Of a stretch of DNA of 64,000 bases, positions 34,335-47,895 are shown in pieces. Within the stretch, counting starts at the first letter, position 1. Every line of letters begins with the position of its first letter. The position numbers and the translations under genes were made by a program. The notes under the pieces were generated by a model, which searched no databases, was not told the origin of the DNA, and saw nothing but the letters and a program-made list of their open reading frames with translations. This DNA comes from the human T2T-CHM13v2.0 reference genome, Homo sapiens. The stretch lies in assembly GCF_009914755.1 (NCBI RefSeq), contig NC_060942.1; one strand, given 5' to 3'.

Positions 34335-35906
34335 TGTATAGGCAGTTTCTAAGGAAAAGTGACACAAACATATATACAACATATACACACATATATGAAC
34401 ATATAAGCAATAAGCATATCTCACCCACTTTGCCATTATTTCAACCTCCTACCATTGAGAACCACTAACTCCCAACCTCCCATTGTGATGTTGAAAACTA
34501 CCCTAAGCCGTACAACCCCCAGAGCCCTGGATCTTCACTCCCCCGGCCCTTTCCTTGTACCTTCTGCCCCATCAACACTGCAGCCCCACTTGGCATATCC
34601 CACCCATCTCCGTGACTGACCCAGCCTCCCACCTGCCCAGCCAGTGCTGTTTCCTGCATGGGACACCCCGTGTGAAGCCCTGAGGGCTGCATTGCTGCTG
34701 CAGGTCAGGGGCGGAGTGGACACTGTCCTCAGGCTCAGAAGAGCTGGGTTGGAGCCTTACTTACTAATTGTGTGGCCGTGGGCAATTGATTTAACCTCCG
34801 GAAGCTTCAGTGTCTTTACGTTTAAAAATGGGGACAGGATCTCCTCTACTGTCTTCATAGGATTGTAGTGAAGATTTTGTGAGCCTAATATATGGGTAAG
34901 TATTTTCTAAGTGCTAAAGTGATATATACCTACTCAGAAGTAACCTTTTTACAGATACAAGGTGGTAAACAGTGGCTCAGTTTTACAAATTACAGTATAG
35001 TGGAAAGGTCACTGGCCTGAAAGTCAGGAGATGTGGATCTGGTCTTGCCTCTGCTGGATAACCCTAAGCAAGTCCCTTAACCTCTCTGATCCTTTGTACA
35101 GTTTAATGGTGTTACTAAATTTGAAGATCTCTGACAACCCCTCAAATACCAATAATCTGTGAGTTTAGAGCAGCATTGTTCAACTGCACATGTATTAAGT
35201 AAGCTTTTAGGAGCCAGCCTGGGAACGGAACTAACCATATAACATTGCTTATATGGAAAAATGAGTTCTGAGCGCCAACAACTAGCTTACAAGTGAATTT
35301 TTGGAACAAAATCAATTCACAGTTTGGAGATTGCTTGTGTCACTACGATAGATTTCCATTAAAAACAAACAAAAAACTGAAGTTGGGAAATATCTCCATG
35401 CTGTTCTGGAGTTGATTTTCCACAACATTGGTGCTCTGACACTGGATGAGATTCAATTTTTAGTTAACCAAACCACCACCATTTCTAAGGACAAAGTGGA
35501 TTTCCCCTTTGGCACATGATTGTGTGTTTGTGCATGTGTGTGTGTGTGCGCGCATTGCAGGGGCAGGGGAGGGGACTGACATAGGATTTTATTTAAAATG
35601 TGACATTATATGAAATTATGTTATAAAAAGTGTACTGAATTTTTAGAAAAAGAAATCTGCAATAGCCAAACACAGTTTTATTGCTAATCTTTATATTTTT
35701 CCTTATATTATTCTGACATTACTCTTTAAAGTGAAAAATGAAAGTGGGTAATACATCCCTTAAAAATTATAATAAAGGCAATGGGATTATTACTGCTCTC
35801 TGGAATTAAAAATTAATATAAAATTAAAATACTTCCTTCCTCAATTGCCATCCTCCTAGCAGGGAAGATGTGGACTTACATTAACCCAAGGGTCCTGAGT
35901 GCAGCA

Positions 35907-37420
35907 GAGAATCTCTGGGCTGACTGCCCCTATTACAGTGATGAACAGATAAGAATGTGCTGATGGATGGAATCCCAAAACATAGAAAAGTAAGTCTTTA
36001 ATTTGGCTGGCCAGATTGATCAAAATTTCAGTGGGGTTATTTTCTTACTACAAGAGAGATTCTAACGGTTGTAGTAACCGTTTGAGGGTATGAAGGAGAG
36101 TGGAGAGATCCTAGGATATTGTTGTCATAGAAGCTTAGGGATATAGAACAAAATCTTATCCTTGCTAAGCTCTGAATGGGGGACAACCCATATGGAGGAA
36201 GAACCAACAGACCCAGAAACCTGATTTTAAAATCCCACGTAGAGTGGCTCCCATCCAATTTCAGAACCCAGTTCAAGTGCAGCCTCCATTCTACCAATGG
36301 GCCCTGTCTAACTCAAGGAGATCTGGCAAGAAAACAAAACAAAAAAACACTTTTGTTCCTCCTCCAGAATCAAGAATCCAAGGAGCAATGAAAATGTCAC
36401 AAAGGCAATATAAAGAAACCTCACTATTGTGACACTGGAAAATAATTCATTTACCCAACTGTCGATCCATTCCCTTCGACGTCCTAAAGATCCCATGCTC
36501 TTCCTGCTCCCCCCATCCATCATAAACCTTCATGGCACAGGCAAAGTCTCCCTGAATATTCATGGCAGAAAGCCATTCCATCGTGACCCAATTGATCACA
36601 GCTGCTGAGTGGCAGAGGCACCAAATGTATCATCAAAAAAGGAAAGTTTATGGACGTACAGAGGGAAATAATAGACACTGGGGACTCCAAAGTGGGGCAT
36701 GGGGTAGGAAGGGGGAAAGGGTTAAAAAAGTTACCAATTGGGTACAGTGTTCACTATTTGGGTAATGGGTACACTAGGAGCCCACACCTCCCCATTATAC
36801 CATATACCCATGTAACAAACCTGCACATGTAACCCTTGAATCTACAAAAATTTTTAAATTTTAAAAAATAAAGGAAAGGTTGTAAACACTGTTTCCAATG
36901 ATCTCATAGCTGTTCCGTTACCTAAATCGATTGTGAAGATGGCAAAATTTAAGTGGTAATTTTTAATTATTCTAGAAACAGAAAAACATTCTCCACAGAA
37001 CACTATTGGAAATAATTAAATCAATGCCCCACAGACAAAAAAAAATTATAATATTCTTTTTCTAGTGTATTAGTTTTATTTCTCTACGCTGGATTTCATT
37101 CCAGAAAGGACTTGTGGTAATCAGAATGCCTTACAATCATGTGTTAAAGGCTCTGTTCTTAAAATGCCACTGAGTTTGTTCTTCAGGGTGAAACTACTTT
37201 GTTCTTGGCATTTCTTATGGGAACTGAAGTCAGGCCAAAGTGTTGCCAAACCAGAGCTGAGAATCTCTGGGCTGACTGCTCCTCCTACAGTGATGAGCAG
37301 GTAAGAAGGTACTGATAAATGGAATCTCAAAACATAGAAAAGTGAGTCCCTAATTTGGCTGGCCACATTGACCAAATTTCAGCGGGGACACTTTCATATT
37401 ATAAGAAGAGAGAATCAAAC
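35907..37420 (+). repeat. Diverged ~160-bp direct repeat pair (35907-36066 and 37259-37420)
   Basis: Both copies read gagaatctctgggctgactgc...acagtgatga...ggaatc.caaaacatagaaaagt.agtc..taatttggctggcca.attga.caaa.tttcag.gggg. Confidence 0.9.
36648..36872 (+). mobile_element. L1PB/L1MA 3' end fragment
   Basis: atagacactggggactccaaa...gtaacaaacctgcacatgtaacccttgaatcta. Confidence 0.8.
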
Positions 37421-38489
37421 TAAAAGAAACACAGAAAAGGCCTGTTGTTTATAATGGAAAAATTGAGTGTATATAATAAGTAGCTAAAATGCAATGTTCA
37501 TGGGTTCATCTTACATGTTCCAAAATTAATGTTTTGGTGGATGGTTTTTAGGATAAAAATAACCACAACCTAAGAAATCACAGTTATGAGGACATGTTAC
37601 TCTAAGACATTTTTCTCATGTATTTTCTTTCTATTGCGGATTAAGCTGTATACACTGTTGAGAAGTTAATGCTTTCCCATTCAACAAAATTTTATGTTCT
37701 ACTCATTTTGTGGCTTATGATGAGATGCACAGATGTTTTTTCCAAAGTCATGTTTAAAACATCATATTTCTAAACAAAAATAAAATGAACTATCCATGGT
37801 TAGGTTCCAGAAATAGACCGCCACACAGTTTTTCAGAAACAGTGCCAAGAATCCTGGCAGCTAATGTATAAAAGTCATTGTCCTTTCCCCAACCATGGTG
37901 GTATTCTGTGTCTCATGTACTTTCCAGAAATTATTACCATCCAGTAGATATTAACATTGTCACCCTCTAACAGTATAACGTATTCATGGAAATGAAAAAT
38001 CAGAAACAAAAAAGGTGAGTAATATCATTTTGTCAATTGTCAGACCTCTAATAGGAATCAAATTAGGGCTTCCAAGATTTAGCTGACTGGGCACAATGCT
38101 AGGCAAAGCGACAGCACTAGATGCTACTTCCCCTCTGCAGGAGGTCAAAACGGCCCCTCAGGGGAATCTTTGTCTTAGTCAATAGATCCTTCTGAGATTA
38201 AGACCAAAGCAGGCATGTGTTAAAAATATGATCGCTGGAGGATTTGATGAGCTGATTACAACAAAGATGACACTGAAGTGGCTAGCATGTATTGATCATT
38301 GCTATGAGTGAAGCATCATACCAAAGGCTTTCTATAAATTAGCTCGTTTAATCCTTACAACAACCCCTTGGGATAGGATTATCAATGCCATTTTACATAT
38401 GGGGAAATAAGCTTGTAATGACTAACTTGCCCAAAGGTACATGGCTAAGAATTAGTAAAGCTGTGATTCAAATTCAGTTGGGTCTGTAT

Positions 38490-38953
38490 GCCAGCTTCTT
38501 CATTTGCCAGATTCACTCTCCACCTAACTTCAGTGCCAGGTGGTCAACCTCTACAAACTGCATCCATGGGTGTCAGTGTCCTTCCTTCTGGATTCCAGTT
38601 GATTCATCCAATGGGGGCCAATCAGGAGATCAGAGGCTGAGGTGCTTATTCCCTGGGGTCCCCTGCTGTGGAGTCACCTCAAGCTGTCTATGTCCCTCAA
38701 CTGAAGATCACTGTGCTTCCCAAGGTGGTACTCTCTACAAGACTCTCTCCCTCAGCTTCCAGGAACCAGTTTCTCCACTCCTTCACCCCTTCAAGCCAGA
38801 GGCAGTAACAGCTATACTGTTGCTAGCTCTGAGGTTCTGCACCATCCAATGTGATTTCACTTTATCCTTGTATATAGTCTCTGAATTAAATCTCTCATAA
38901 ATTAAAATAATTTGAATGTATCTGTTGATTCCTGCTGGGGCCCTAATTAATAG
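38490..38953. mobile_element. ERVL LTR (LTR33/LTR16-like)
   Basis: ttctggattccagttgattcatccaatggggg...ttcctgctggggccctaattaata; family recalled from memory. Confidence 0.55.
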
Positions 38954-41176
38954 AGTCTGATTCCAAAAATCATGCTCTCAACCACAAGGTTAAACTCCCC
39001 ACTAAGTTATTTGAGAGTCTTAGGTGTTCGTGCTCTAGGATAAAATTACCTGGACTCCAGTATTACCTTATTATAGCCTTGAACACTGTGAGGTCCCTTG
39101 AATTAGAGTCGTTGTTAAATCATTTCCTTACACCTTACTTGTATTACTTTATTCCTTTCTAAATCATATTACATTTTATATTATGGATGGAATTATCAAT
39201 TTAAATATTAATACTTATAAAATTGATAATTTCTGATGAAATTTGATCTTTCAGAAAAAAATGGCATGTTTTTCCTTTCTAGGTCTCAGTTGTCTAGGAC
39301 TTGGCTTTCTTTCTTTTTTGAGAATCTAAGCAGTAAAATAAAGACTACTGTGAATATTCGTGTTCAAATTCTTTAGAATATTGAATGGCAAAGTAGCTTC
39401 TGCTGTCTCTTCCTCTTTCTTTTAAGGATAGTGGCCATATTGGATTAGAGCCTCATCCTTATGACCTCATTTAAACCTAACTACCTCTTTAAAGGCCTTA
39501 CCTTCAAATACAGTCACATTCTAAAGTACACAGAATTTAATCCACAATAGACACATTATAGATATTGTTGTTATAACAGCTTTTTATTGTTATAACAATG
39601 CTGCAATGAACAGTCTTGTAAATGTATCTTTGTACATGTGTCAGTAAATCCATATAACAAACTCCTAGAAATAGAACTGCTGAGTCAAAGAAATACATTT
39701 ACATATATACTGCCAAATTGCCCCAAATTTGAACCTCCATCAACAGTGTCTGCGAGCAGTCATTTCCCCTCACACCCAACACATGGCATATTATTGAGCT
39801 CTTTTTTATCTTTTCCAATCTGTAAGTAAAAAAATACCTTATTTTAATCTGCTGCTTTTAATTATAAGTGAGGCTTTCTACAATATAATTTTTTATAGGA
39901 TGATACCATCCTTTTTTTATACATGTTATCATATTTATAGTAATTAAGTGCTTACATTCTATATATTATTTTAGGGAATTAAAATTGCTAAAATATATTT
40001 ACTTGAGTCTTATAGGCCACTATTGGCACTTTGGTTCCAATATATCTAATCCAATATAAAGAAGCAAGGCCACATATGCTTTGCATAGAGTCTGTTCTAA
40101 ATAAGTACTTGCCGAATGAAACTGGTAATGATCCCATTTACTACCAGTTCTCAATGCTAACAAAGCAAGTCCCTAATTATCAGTCCATTGTTGAGTGGTT
40201 ATGCGTCTCTCAATATCTTTAAATTAAGTCACGTCTTTTTTCCTCTAGGGATTATTTTCCAGTTGGCATGTAGGTATGACCTAACCTAGTGCTGTCAAAT
40301 TGGTTGAAAGAAAAAAAAGATTGGTTTTAACCTTAAACTTACCTGGAAAAGCTGGGCAAATAAATCAAATTTAATTTTTAGCCTAAGACTAGAGCATACT
40401 AAACTGTTCTTGTGCACCACTATGCTTTTAGAGCCTCTGTAAGGCATGATACCAGAGCAGCCTCAAGATAGGAGTCCCTATTGGAAACAGGCATTCGATA
40501 TGAACCAGGACAAGTTCAAATGAATAGACAAGTTGTCGGGAGAAAGATAAGTATGTTTACTATGGAACATAAAATTTTAAAAAGAAAAATTGCCTGCAAG
40601 ACTTTGGCGTGAGTGCATTTATTGGGATGGGGGCCCCATAGTGAGGGAGGAGATCGTTTTTATATTTAATAGAACTGTCCATGTTTCCCAAGTGCCTCTT
40701 AATAGCAGCAGTAATATTTATGAACAGATACACTAGTCAATTCTGTTTGCCACATGTAAATCTAAAAGTGCAGGTTAAGTTTCCCATGTTCCAGGATTTC
40801 ATCATGTTTTTGGCAAGCATACATACACATAAGGAGACCTTTTGTTAAACCACATAACTCTGATCTTGTTTATGAGCTCTAAAATTAAATTATCTTGCAT
40901 AAATGCTCAGAAGGTAATTTTCATATTAGTCTCAATGGTCCACAGTACCACCACAAAAGATTCAGTCACAATTCATTCTGTGACACTGGGCAGCCTGTCA
41001 GCTTCTTTGGTGGTACAATGTGCTGCTTCATGGGAGTTTCATGACCTACAGACTCTCAGGCATTTGCAGAGGGAAAGAGTAGCTGGAAACACTTTTGCCA
41101 GATCTGTGGCAAACACATTTACCATCGAATAAAGAAAATATACTACATACCAATGCAATAGAAGGAAGACTATAGT

Positions 41177-41400
41177 TCAGAGCCTGCAAACTTTTTCTGT
41201 AAAGGGCCAAATAGTAGCTATTTTAAGTTTTGCAGGCCATACAATCTCTGTCACAGCTACTAAACTCTGCTTTTGTATCACAAAAACAACCATAGACAAT
41301 ACATAAATGAACAGGCATAGGAGTGTTCCAATAAAACCGTATTTACATAAAATGGATGGCAGGCCAGATTTGGCCTGTGTGCCACAGTTTAACAACTCTT
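41177..41400 (+). mobile_element. MER58A (hAT-Charlie MITE)
   Basis: caaactttttctgtaaagggccaaatagta...gttccaataaaac...gatttggcctgtgtgccacagttt. Confidence 0.85.
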
Positions 41401-43153
41401 GCTTGAAACTATATTGATCCCTCTCTTCTCTAGGATTTTCCCTTGTAAACATACACAGTTACTATGTGTCAAGCCCAACTGAGCTTTTTAAAAATAATTC
41501 CATCCTCAAAACAACTCTGCTATTATTATCTCTCCAATTTCGTAGATGAGAAAACTTAGGCACAGAGAGGTTGAGTAACTTTCCCAAGGTTGTACAACTA
41601 GTAAGTGGCAGAGCCAGAATTCAAACCCTGGCAATCAGACCTCAGAGACCACAGCTTGCCACCCTCTCCTGTGAGGTTTTAAACTGCGCTAGAGTTTGCA
41701 AAAATTCATCTGCCCTTCCAGGCTCTTCAACTCTGGCTGGTACCCAGAGCAGATTGTTCTTGGGGTCCCAGGTTGACTCTAATCCCTTGTTAGACTTCTA
41801 GAAAAGAAATACAAGGAGATTCTGAGGTTTCCAAGTCTACCCTGGTATTTGGAGGTTCTCAGATGCCTTGTAATGGGCTCTGGCACTTTATCCAGCACCT
41901 TTTCTCAATTTGCTATAAGTCAAGATGTTACTTTGTTCCCTAAGAAATAATTTAGGACAATATTATGCTACCAAAACATGCTATTTAAAAAACAAGAGAA
42001 GACACTAGAAACTTGCCATATTTCAGGTAAACTTAATGCCTCTAGAAATAAAAATGTAGGCCCGTTCATCATGTGAGGACATAGCTAGAAGGTGCCATCT
42101 ATGAACCAGGAAGCAGCCTTCACCAGACCCAAATCTGCGGGCATCTTGATCTCAGACTTCCCAGCATCCAGAACAATGAGAAAAAAATATCTGTTGTTTA
42201 TAAACTAGGAGAGAGAAAGAGATTTACCCAAAGTTCTCTTATAACCCAAAAGTATGGTTCATCTGAATGAAAACAGATGAACTTTGTCATCTTAAGTAAG
42301 GGGATACCATCGTGAGGTTTGGAATTTATCTCTTGTAAATCTGAAAAAAGTAAACAAATCCTAACTATTGATATTCTGATAGCACTGAGGACAGGAGTTG
42401 AATTGTAAATTGCTGCTTACCTAGCATTCTGCATGACTTGGTCTTCCCTCACCACCCTATCTTACCATATGGATTTTTCTTTTGATCGACACTTAACTCT
42501 TTCAGTAGGATTAAAACCACCATCCCAGATAATTAAAGATGAAAGTAAACTGAACATTCCCTTTTGGAACTTGGAAACTCCCTGCGGTTGCCAAAAAGAA
42601 CTTGAAATGCTTTAAGATAGAGATTATACATTCAGTCAAATCAGCAATTATAAATTACTAGCTTTGTGCAAGGCTTTAGAACATAAGTAGAATGAGAAAA
42701 GAGGTTATTCTCTGAAACAGCCTCTGGGAAGGGGAAGTGGGTGTTTTCACGTCCCATTCATAAAACCTAAGGACAAGTCCATAAACTTTTCTCTGGTCTT
42801 TACTGCAGAGCAAAGAAAATCCACTGTTTCTATTTGTTAAAAAGCTTCAGCTTTTATGTCTTGTGAGAACAGAGAATGCTTGACCCTAAGGGGCCCACAA
42901 ATCTTATGCAGGACCTTTTTTGTAAGTTAAAAAACAAAACAAGAATATTTTATCATGCAAATGTGTCTTGTCATTCATTAGAAAACACCACTGTGGTATT
43001 GTGACCTGGGTTCGTAATAAGCTCTGAAGTGTTCATCGAATAGGAAAGATATGAAAGAGTGGAGGAGGAGGAAACATGTGAGGCCTACTATGTGCCAGAC
43101 GCTGTGCTAGGGAATGTAATATGCATTGTTACACTAAGAAAATAGCTAGCTGT

Positions 43154-43474
43154 GGCCCGGCTCAGTGGCTCATGCTTGTAATCCCAACACTTTGGGAGGC
43201 AGAGATAGGCAGATCGCTTGAGGCCAGGAGTTGGAAACCAGCCTGGGAAACAGTGAAATTAAATTAAATTTATTTAAAAAAAGAAAAAAAAAAGATAGTT
43301 GAAAATATCTTCTGTCTTCACTTTTTGTTTCGTTTTCATTTTGACATGGGGTCTCTTTATGGTGCCCAGGCAACATAAAGAGAACTCCTGGTCTCGAACT
43401 CCTGCTTCAAGGGTTCCTCTAGCTTTAGCCTCCAGAGTAGCTGGGACTACAGGCACACACCACCACGCCCGGCT
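43154..43474. mobile_element. Two Alu monomers in inverted, tail-to-tail orientation (43154-43293 +, 43320-43474 -)
   Basis: A left-arm Alu on + followed by a reverse-complement monomer. Confidence 0.8.
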
Positions 43475-46020
43475 GTGTCTTCAATTGATGAAGATTGTCG
43501 ATGATCATTTAAAATACTTTGTCATCTCAACTGCTCTCTGGAAAATTTTAATTTTATTGGGAAAGCATTTCTTTCTTTTACACTAACACCCTCATTTAAA
43601 GCAGGCCGAGGAAGACTTCACTTTGAAGCCTTTATCCTGCTCGAGGTCAAGGATTGTACCTGCCCATTTTGTAACTGCTGTGAGAGCAATGGAAGCTCCG
43701 CAGCACTTTTAGTTATCAAGCCCTTCCTTTCCATCTCCCAATCCCCATTGTAGACTAATAAATTTTTCAATATGAAGGCTCTTGTGTGTTCATGACTGTG
43801 ATAAATGAAGCATGGCTGAAGTGGCTTTGCAAGCAGCTGGAATATCCCCTGGAGAAGTCATTTACATAATTAAACCTTGGAGTATCTGAACATGGTTCAG
43901 ACTGTGACCTACTCTTGCATCTGAGGTGCCTCAGAAGCAGTGTCATATCATACACGTCCTGCTGCTGCTTGATCAGCTTCGCTTCTCTATCAAGCCTTCT
44001 CATTGTGACCTGGAGAGCTTCTTCAAATACCACCTACGAGCTGCCTTTCCTCCCCATTTCCCACTTTGATTTTGCTGAAAACTCACTTTCCTTAACTTAA
44101 ACTAATTTAATCTTTTTGCTGTTTTCTATGTGCCCTGGATATCGGAGGGATTATTTAAGCTGTTTTAATTTTTAATATAAAGAATATAGGGCTCTGATTA
44201 TAATCATCTACTGAGTACCTAGGAATGAATGTCATACTCTGCTCTGTTTGGACAATTTGTGTTTTCTTTGTACAGATAATTCAGCTCCCTCATGTAATAC
44301 CCATGTTAACCCAGAGAGGTACATATTATTATCCCTATTGTACAGAAGAGGAATCTGACCCTTCCAAGTTAAGTTAGAAATGGGTGGGACAGTGATAATG
44401 ATTGAAACCTAAGATTTGACTCCTGAATCCCACTGCTCTTAACCTTTGGAAAATATTGCCCATCAACTTCTCTTTATTCAAAGTGCCTAATACAAAACCA
44501 CACATAAATGCATCCTCATAAATTATCTTCAGCTATATATTTAAACTACATCTTTTTTTAATTACTGTTGTAAGGCTACATGTAGATAAGCTAGTTCTCA
44601 ACATTATTTTGTTTGTGGATGCCATAATTTGACAAACACTGAGGACCCTCCATCCAGACAAAAGCACACATGCCACATATACAACAGGTCTAGATGGCTG
44701 CCAACTTTAAGGGTCTCTTTCTGACAGATTAGACTCCTTCTCAGTCACAGGCTAATGTTGCCAAGTCATCTCTCTGCAGAGGTGAACGGCAGGCACTCTC
44801 ATTGTTTGCTCTTCTTTCTACTGAAGTGAAATATACCCTTTCCATTACTACACCCTGGCCATGACACAGGGAGATGGCTTACAATAGACTTTCACACTGC
44901 TGAGTCCCCATGTCTCTAACAATGATATTAAAAACAGTGTGACCTTCTGCTCCATCAACCTCAGGGATGTGGTGTTGTTTTGCTATGCCAGTACATTTTT
45001 CCCTCCTGTTCAAATAGTCTTGACTTGTATATTACAACACATATAATAATAAGGCACAATTCGTTTTCCTAACATAGAAACTTTCAGAGAGAAAGGGTTT
45101 GACCACAAGGCATAATAAAAAAAAATACCTAGATATGAAAGGCCGTCTAGAATTGTATGGTAGTTAAGAGACCAAGTTTTGGCTTAAGGTGGCTATGAAT
45201 TCAAGTCTAGTTCTGCCACCTACTTCCTATGTGACCTTGAGCAATTTACTTAACCTCTCTGAGTTTCTTAATCTGTGAAACAGGGACAATACTACATTCT
45301 GCATGGTGTGAGTTAATGTTAAATGAGATTTGATGAGAAATACACGGAGCATGGCATAGAGTAAGCACTTAATGATGGATGCTATTATGATGTTATTCAT
45401 AATAGCAATTTTCGATGCACTGGCTATCTGGCATGATTATTAAAAAAAGGTATTCTAGTCAATAGACATTTTCCATATATATATTTATCATTGTTAAAAG
45501 TAATATGTGGAATTAAACTGTGGACTTTTTGCCTGTACACAAAAGGAAATTCAATCAATTGAATTACTTCTTTTTATGGAATTAGAATATAATAAAAATG
45601 CTTAAAGATGAAATTATATGATTACCCTATATTTTAATCATTTGGAAAGATCCTCTGGGCCTAGGGGTATAGTAAGAAATATTAATCATCATTATTATAT
45701 AACAGATAGGAAAAAGTACAGAGTAAGTGAGGCTACCTGATGATAAAATATCAATTATTCTTTTACTGTAGTAAAATATTCTATGATGTATCCTTTCATT
45801 AAGAAGTCATCTGGAAGATTTACTTTTATTGAATTAAAGGTCAAATTGAAAACTATAGATACCAGGCACTGCCTGAGCAACTTTATGTATTCTCTGTTAT
45901 CATGACTCACAACTCCCTAGCAGGATAAAGATTATTATGACTCCTTTATATTTAAAACAATTGTGTAGTACACTGTGTAAAGTAACTAGTACACTTGGCC
46001 CTCTATATCAAAGTAACTAG

Positions 46021-47075
46021 CACAGTTCTTCCTGGATATTCATGGGGAATATCCTCTGTAAATACTAAAATCCAAGGATGCTCAAGTCCCTTATAAAAAA
46101 ATGGTGCAGTTTTTTTTGTTTGTTTGTTTTGAGACGGAATTTCACTCGTCACCCAGGCTGGAGTGCAATAATGCCATCTCGGCTCACTGCAACCTCACCT
46201 CCTGGGTTGAAGAAATTCTCCAGCCTTAGCTTCCCAAGTAGCTGGAATTACAGGTGGCCACCACCAGGCCCAGCTAATTTTTGTATTTTTAATAGAGACA
46301 GGGTTTCACCATGTTGGCCAGGCTGGTCTCAAACTCCTGACCTCGGGTGATCAGCCTGCCTCAGCCTCCCAAAGTGCTGGGATTACAGGCGTGATCCACA
46401 ACGCCAAGCCTAGTATTTGTATATAACGTACACATATCCTACCATACACTTTGTTAAAATAAAATAAAATAAAATATAAAGAAGAATAAGCGAAAGGTTT
46501 TATTTACGAATATATATAAAAACAGAATTGCAATTCAGGATGTACTCACAGACCAGGGTGGTCTTCAGTATGCCCAAACAACAAAAGAAAAGATTGAGGT
46601 TTCATTGGGATAGAGAAATGTAAAACATTTCGAAAGAAAGTTCATTGGCGCTAATGAGGTCTTTCTGAGTGGACAAACTGTGATTGGTGAGTGATGGCAG
46701 TAGGTAAAGCTCTTAGAGTCAGGGCAGGTCCATTCCGCAGCTACTAAAGTTGGTCTTAAGATTACAGCAGGTCATTTCAGGGGCTGGGCTTACAAGACAG
46801 TTCCTGCAGCAGGCACTTTGTGCCCTGAGTGCTTTTTTCCCCTGTTCCTTTGAAGCATAACTCCAATTTGTATAATCAATTTTCACAACTTTATATACTC
46901 TCTATATTACTTATAATACCTAATACAATGTAAGTGCTATGTAAATAGTTGTCATACTGTATAGTTTTTTTATTTGTATTCTTTTTTATTGTTGTATTTT
47001 TTTCCCAAATATTTTCCATCAGCAGTTAGTTAAATCCATTATGAGAAATCCACAGATATAGGAGGGCCGAGTGTA
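46021..47075 (+). mobile_element. MER2 (Tigger) element interrupted by an AluS (46110-46410, -) and an ERV1 solo LTR
   Basis: MER2 5' part aaaatccaaggatgctcaagtcccttata and 3' end cagatataggagggccgagtgta; sequence resumes after each insertion. Confidence 0.8.
46452..46887 (-). mobile_element. ERV1 solo LTR (MER57/MER67-like)
   Basis: TG...CA termini with 4-bp TSD ACTT (46448-46451, 46888-46891). Confidence 0.7.
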
Positions 47076-47176
47076 ATTAGTACATCAAGATTCCAATCTT
47101 GGCCTAATTTCCAAAACCATGTTGTTGCTACCATTCTCTGCTGCCTGCCAAATTATACAAAGAAAAACACAGAATT

Positions 47177-47400
47177 TTCTTTTTTTTATTTTGAGACGGA
47201 GTCTCGCTGTCGCCCAGGCTGGAGTGCAGTGGGCAATCCCGGCTCACTGCAAGCTCCGCCTCCCGGGTTCACGCCATTCTCCTGCCTCAGCCTCCCGAGT
47301 AGCTGGGACTACAGGCGCCCGCCACCATGCCCGGCTAATATTTTTGTATTTTTAGTAGAGACGGGGTCGATCTCCTGACCTCGTGATCCGCCCGCCTCGG
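47177..47400 (-). mobile_element. AluY, 5'-truncated with internal deletion
   Basis: CpG-rich with gcaagctccgcctcccgggttcacgccattc; TSD-like gaaaaa[ca/ta][c/t]agaattttc. Confidence 0.9.
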
Positions 47401-47596
47401 GAAAAATATAGAATTTTCAAACCCATCAGGATCTCTGCAAACAAAATGTCTTACTAGTTCCATCATCAATCTGATAGCCTCCTGAGGGCGGGGGGGGGAA
47501 GGCAAATTTTAAAGAATATGTATACAGAATCTGCTCTCTCTAGAGTAAAGAGGGAGATTTCAAATTTGGAAAATAGAAGGTAAGAAGTTCAATAGA

Positions 47597-47895
47597 GGCT
47601 GGAGTGGTGGCTCACACCTATAATCCTAGACCTTTGGGAGGCAGAGAGTGGAAGATTGCTTGAGGCCAGGAGTTCGAGACCAGCCTGGGCAACAAAGTGA
47701 GACCCCCTTCCCTACAAAAAATACAAAATTATCTCAGCATGATGATGCACAGCTGTACTTCCAGCTACTCAGGAAGCTGAGATGGGAGGATTGTTTGAGC
47801 CAGGAGTTCCAGGTTACAATGAGCTGTGATCCTGCCACTGCACTCCAGCCTGGGCAACAGAGTAAGAACTTGTTTCAAAAAAAGAAAAAGAAAAA
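47597..47895 (+). mobile_element. AluJ
   Basis: Dimeric Alu; TSD AAGTTCAATAGA. Confidence 0.9.

Noticed and set aside
36308-36523. ORF containing IDSW plus a hydrophobic stretch, suggestive of the missing LDSW segment
   Set aside because: Out of exon order, no DHG motif and no splice support.
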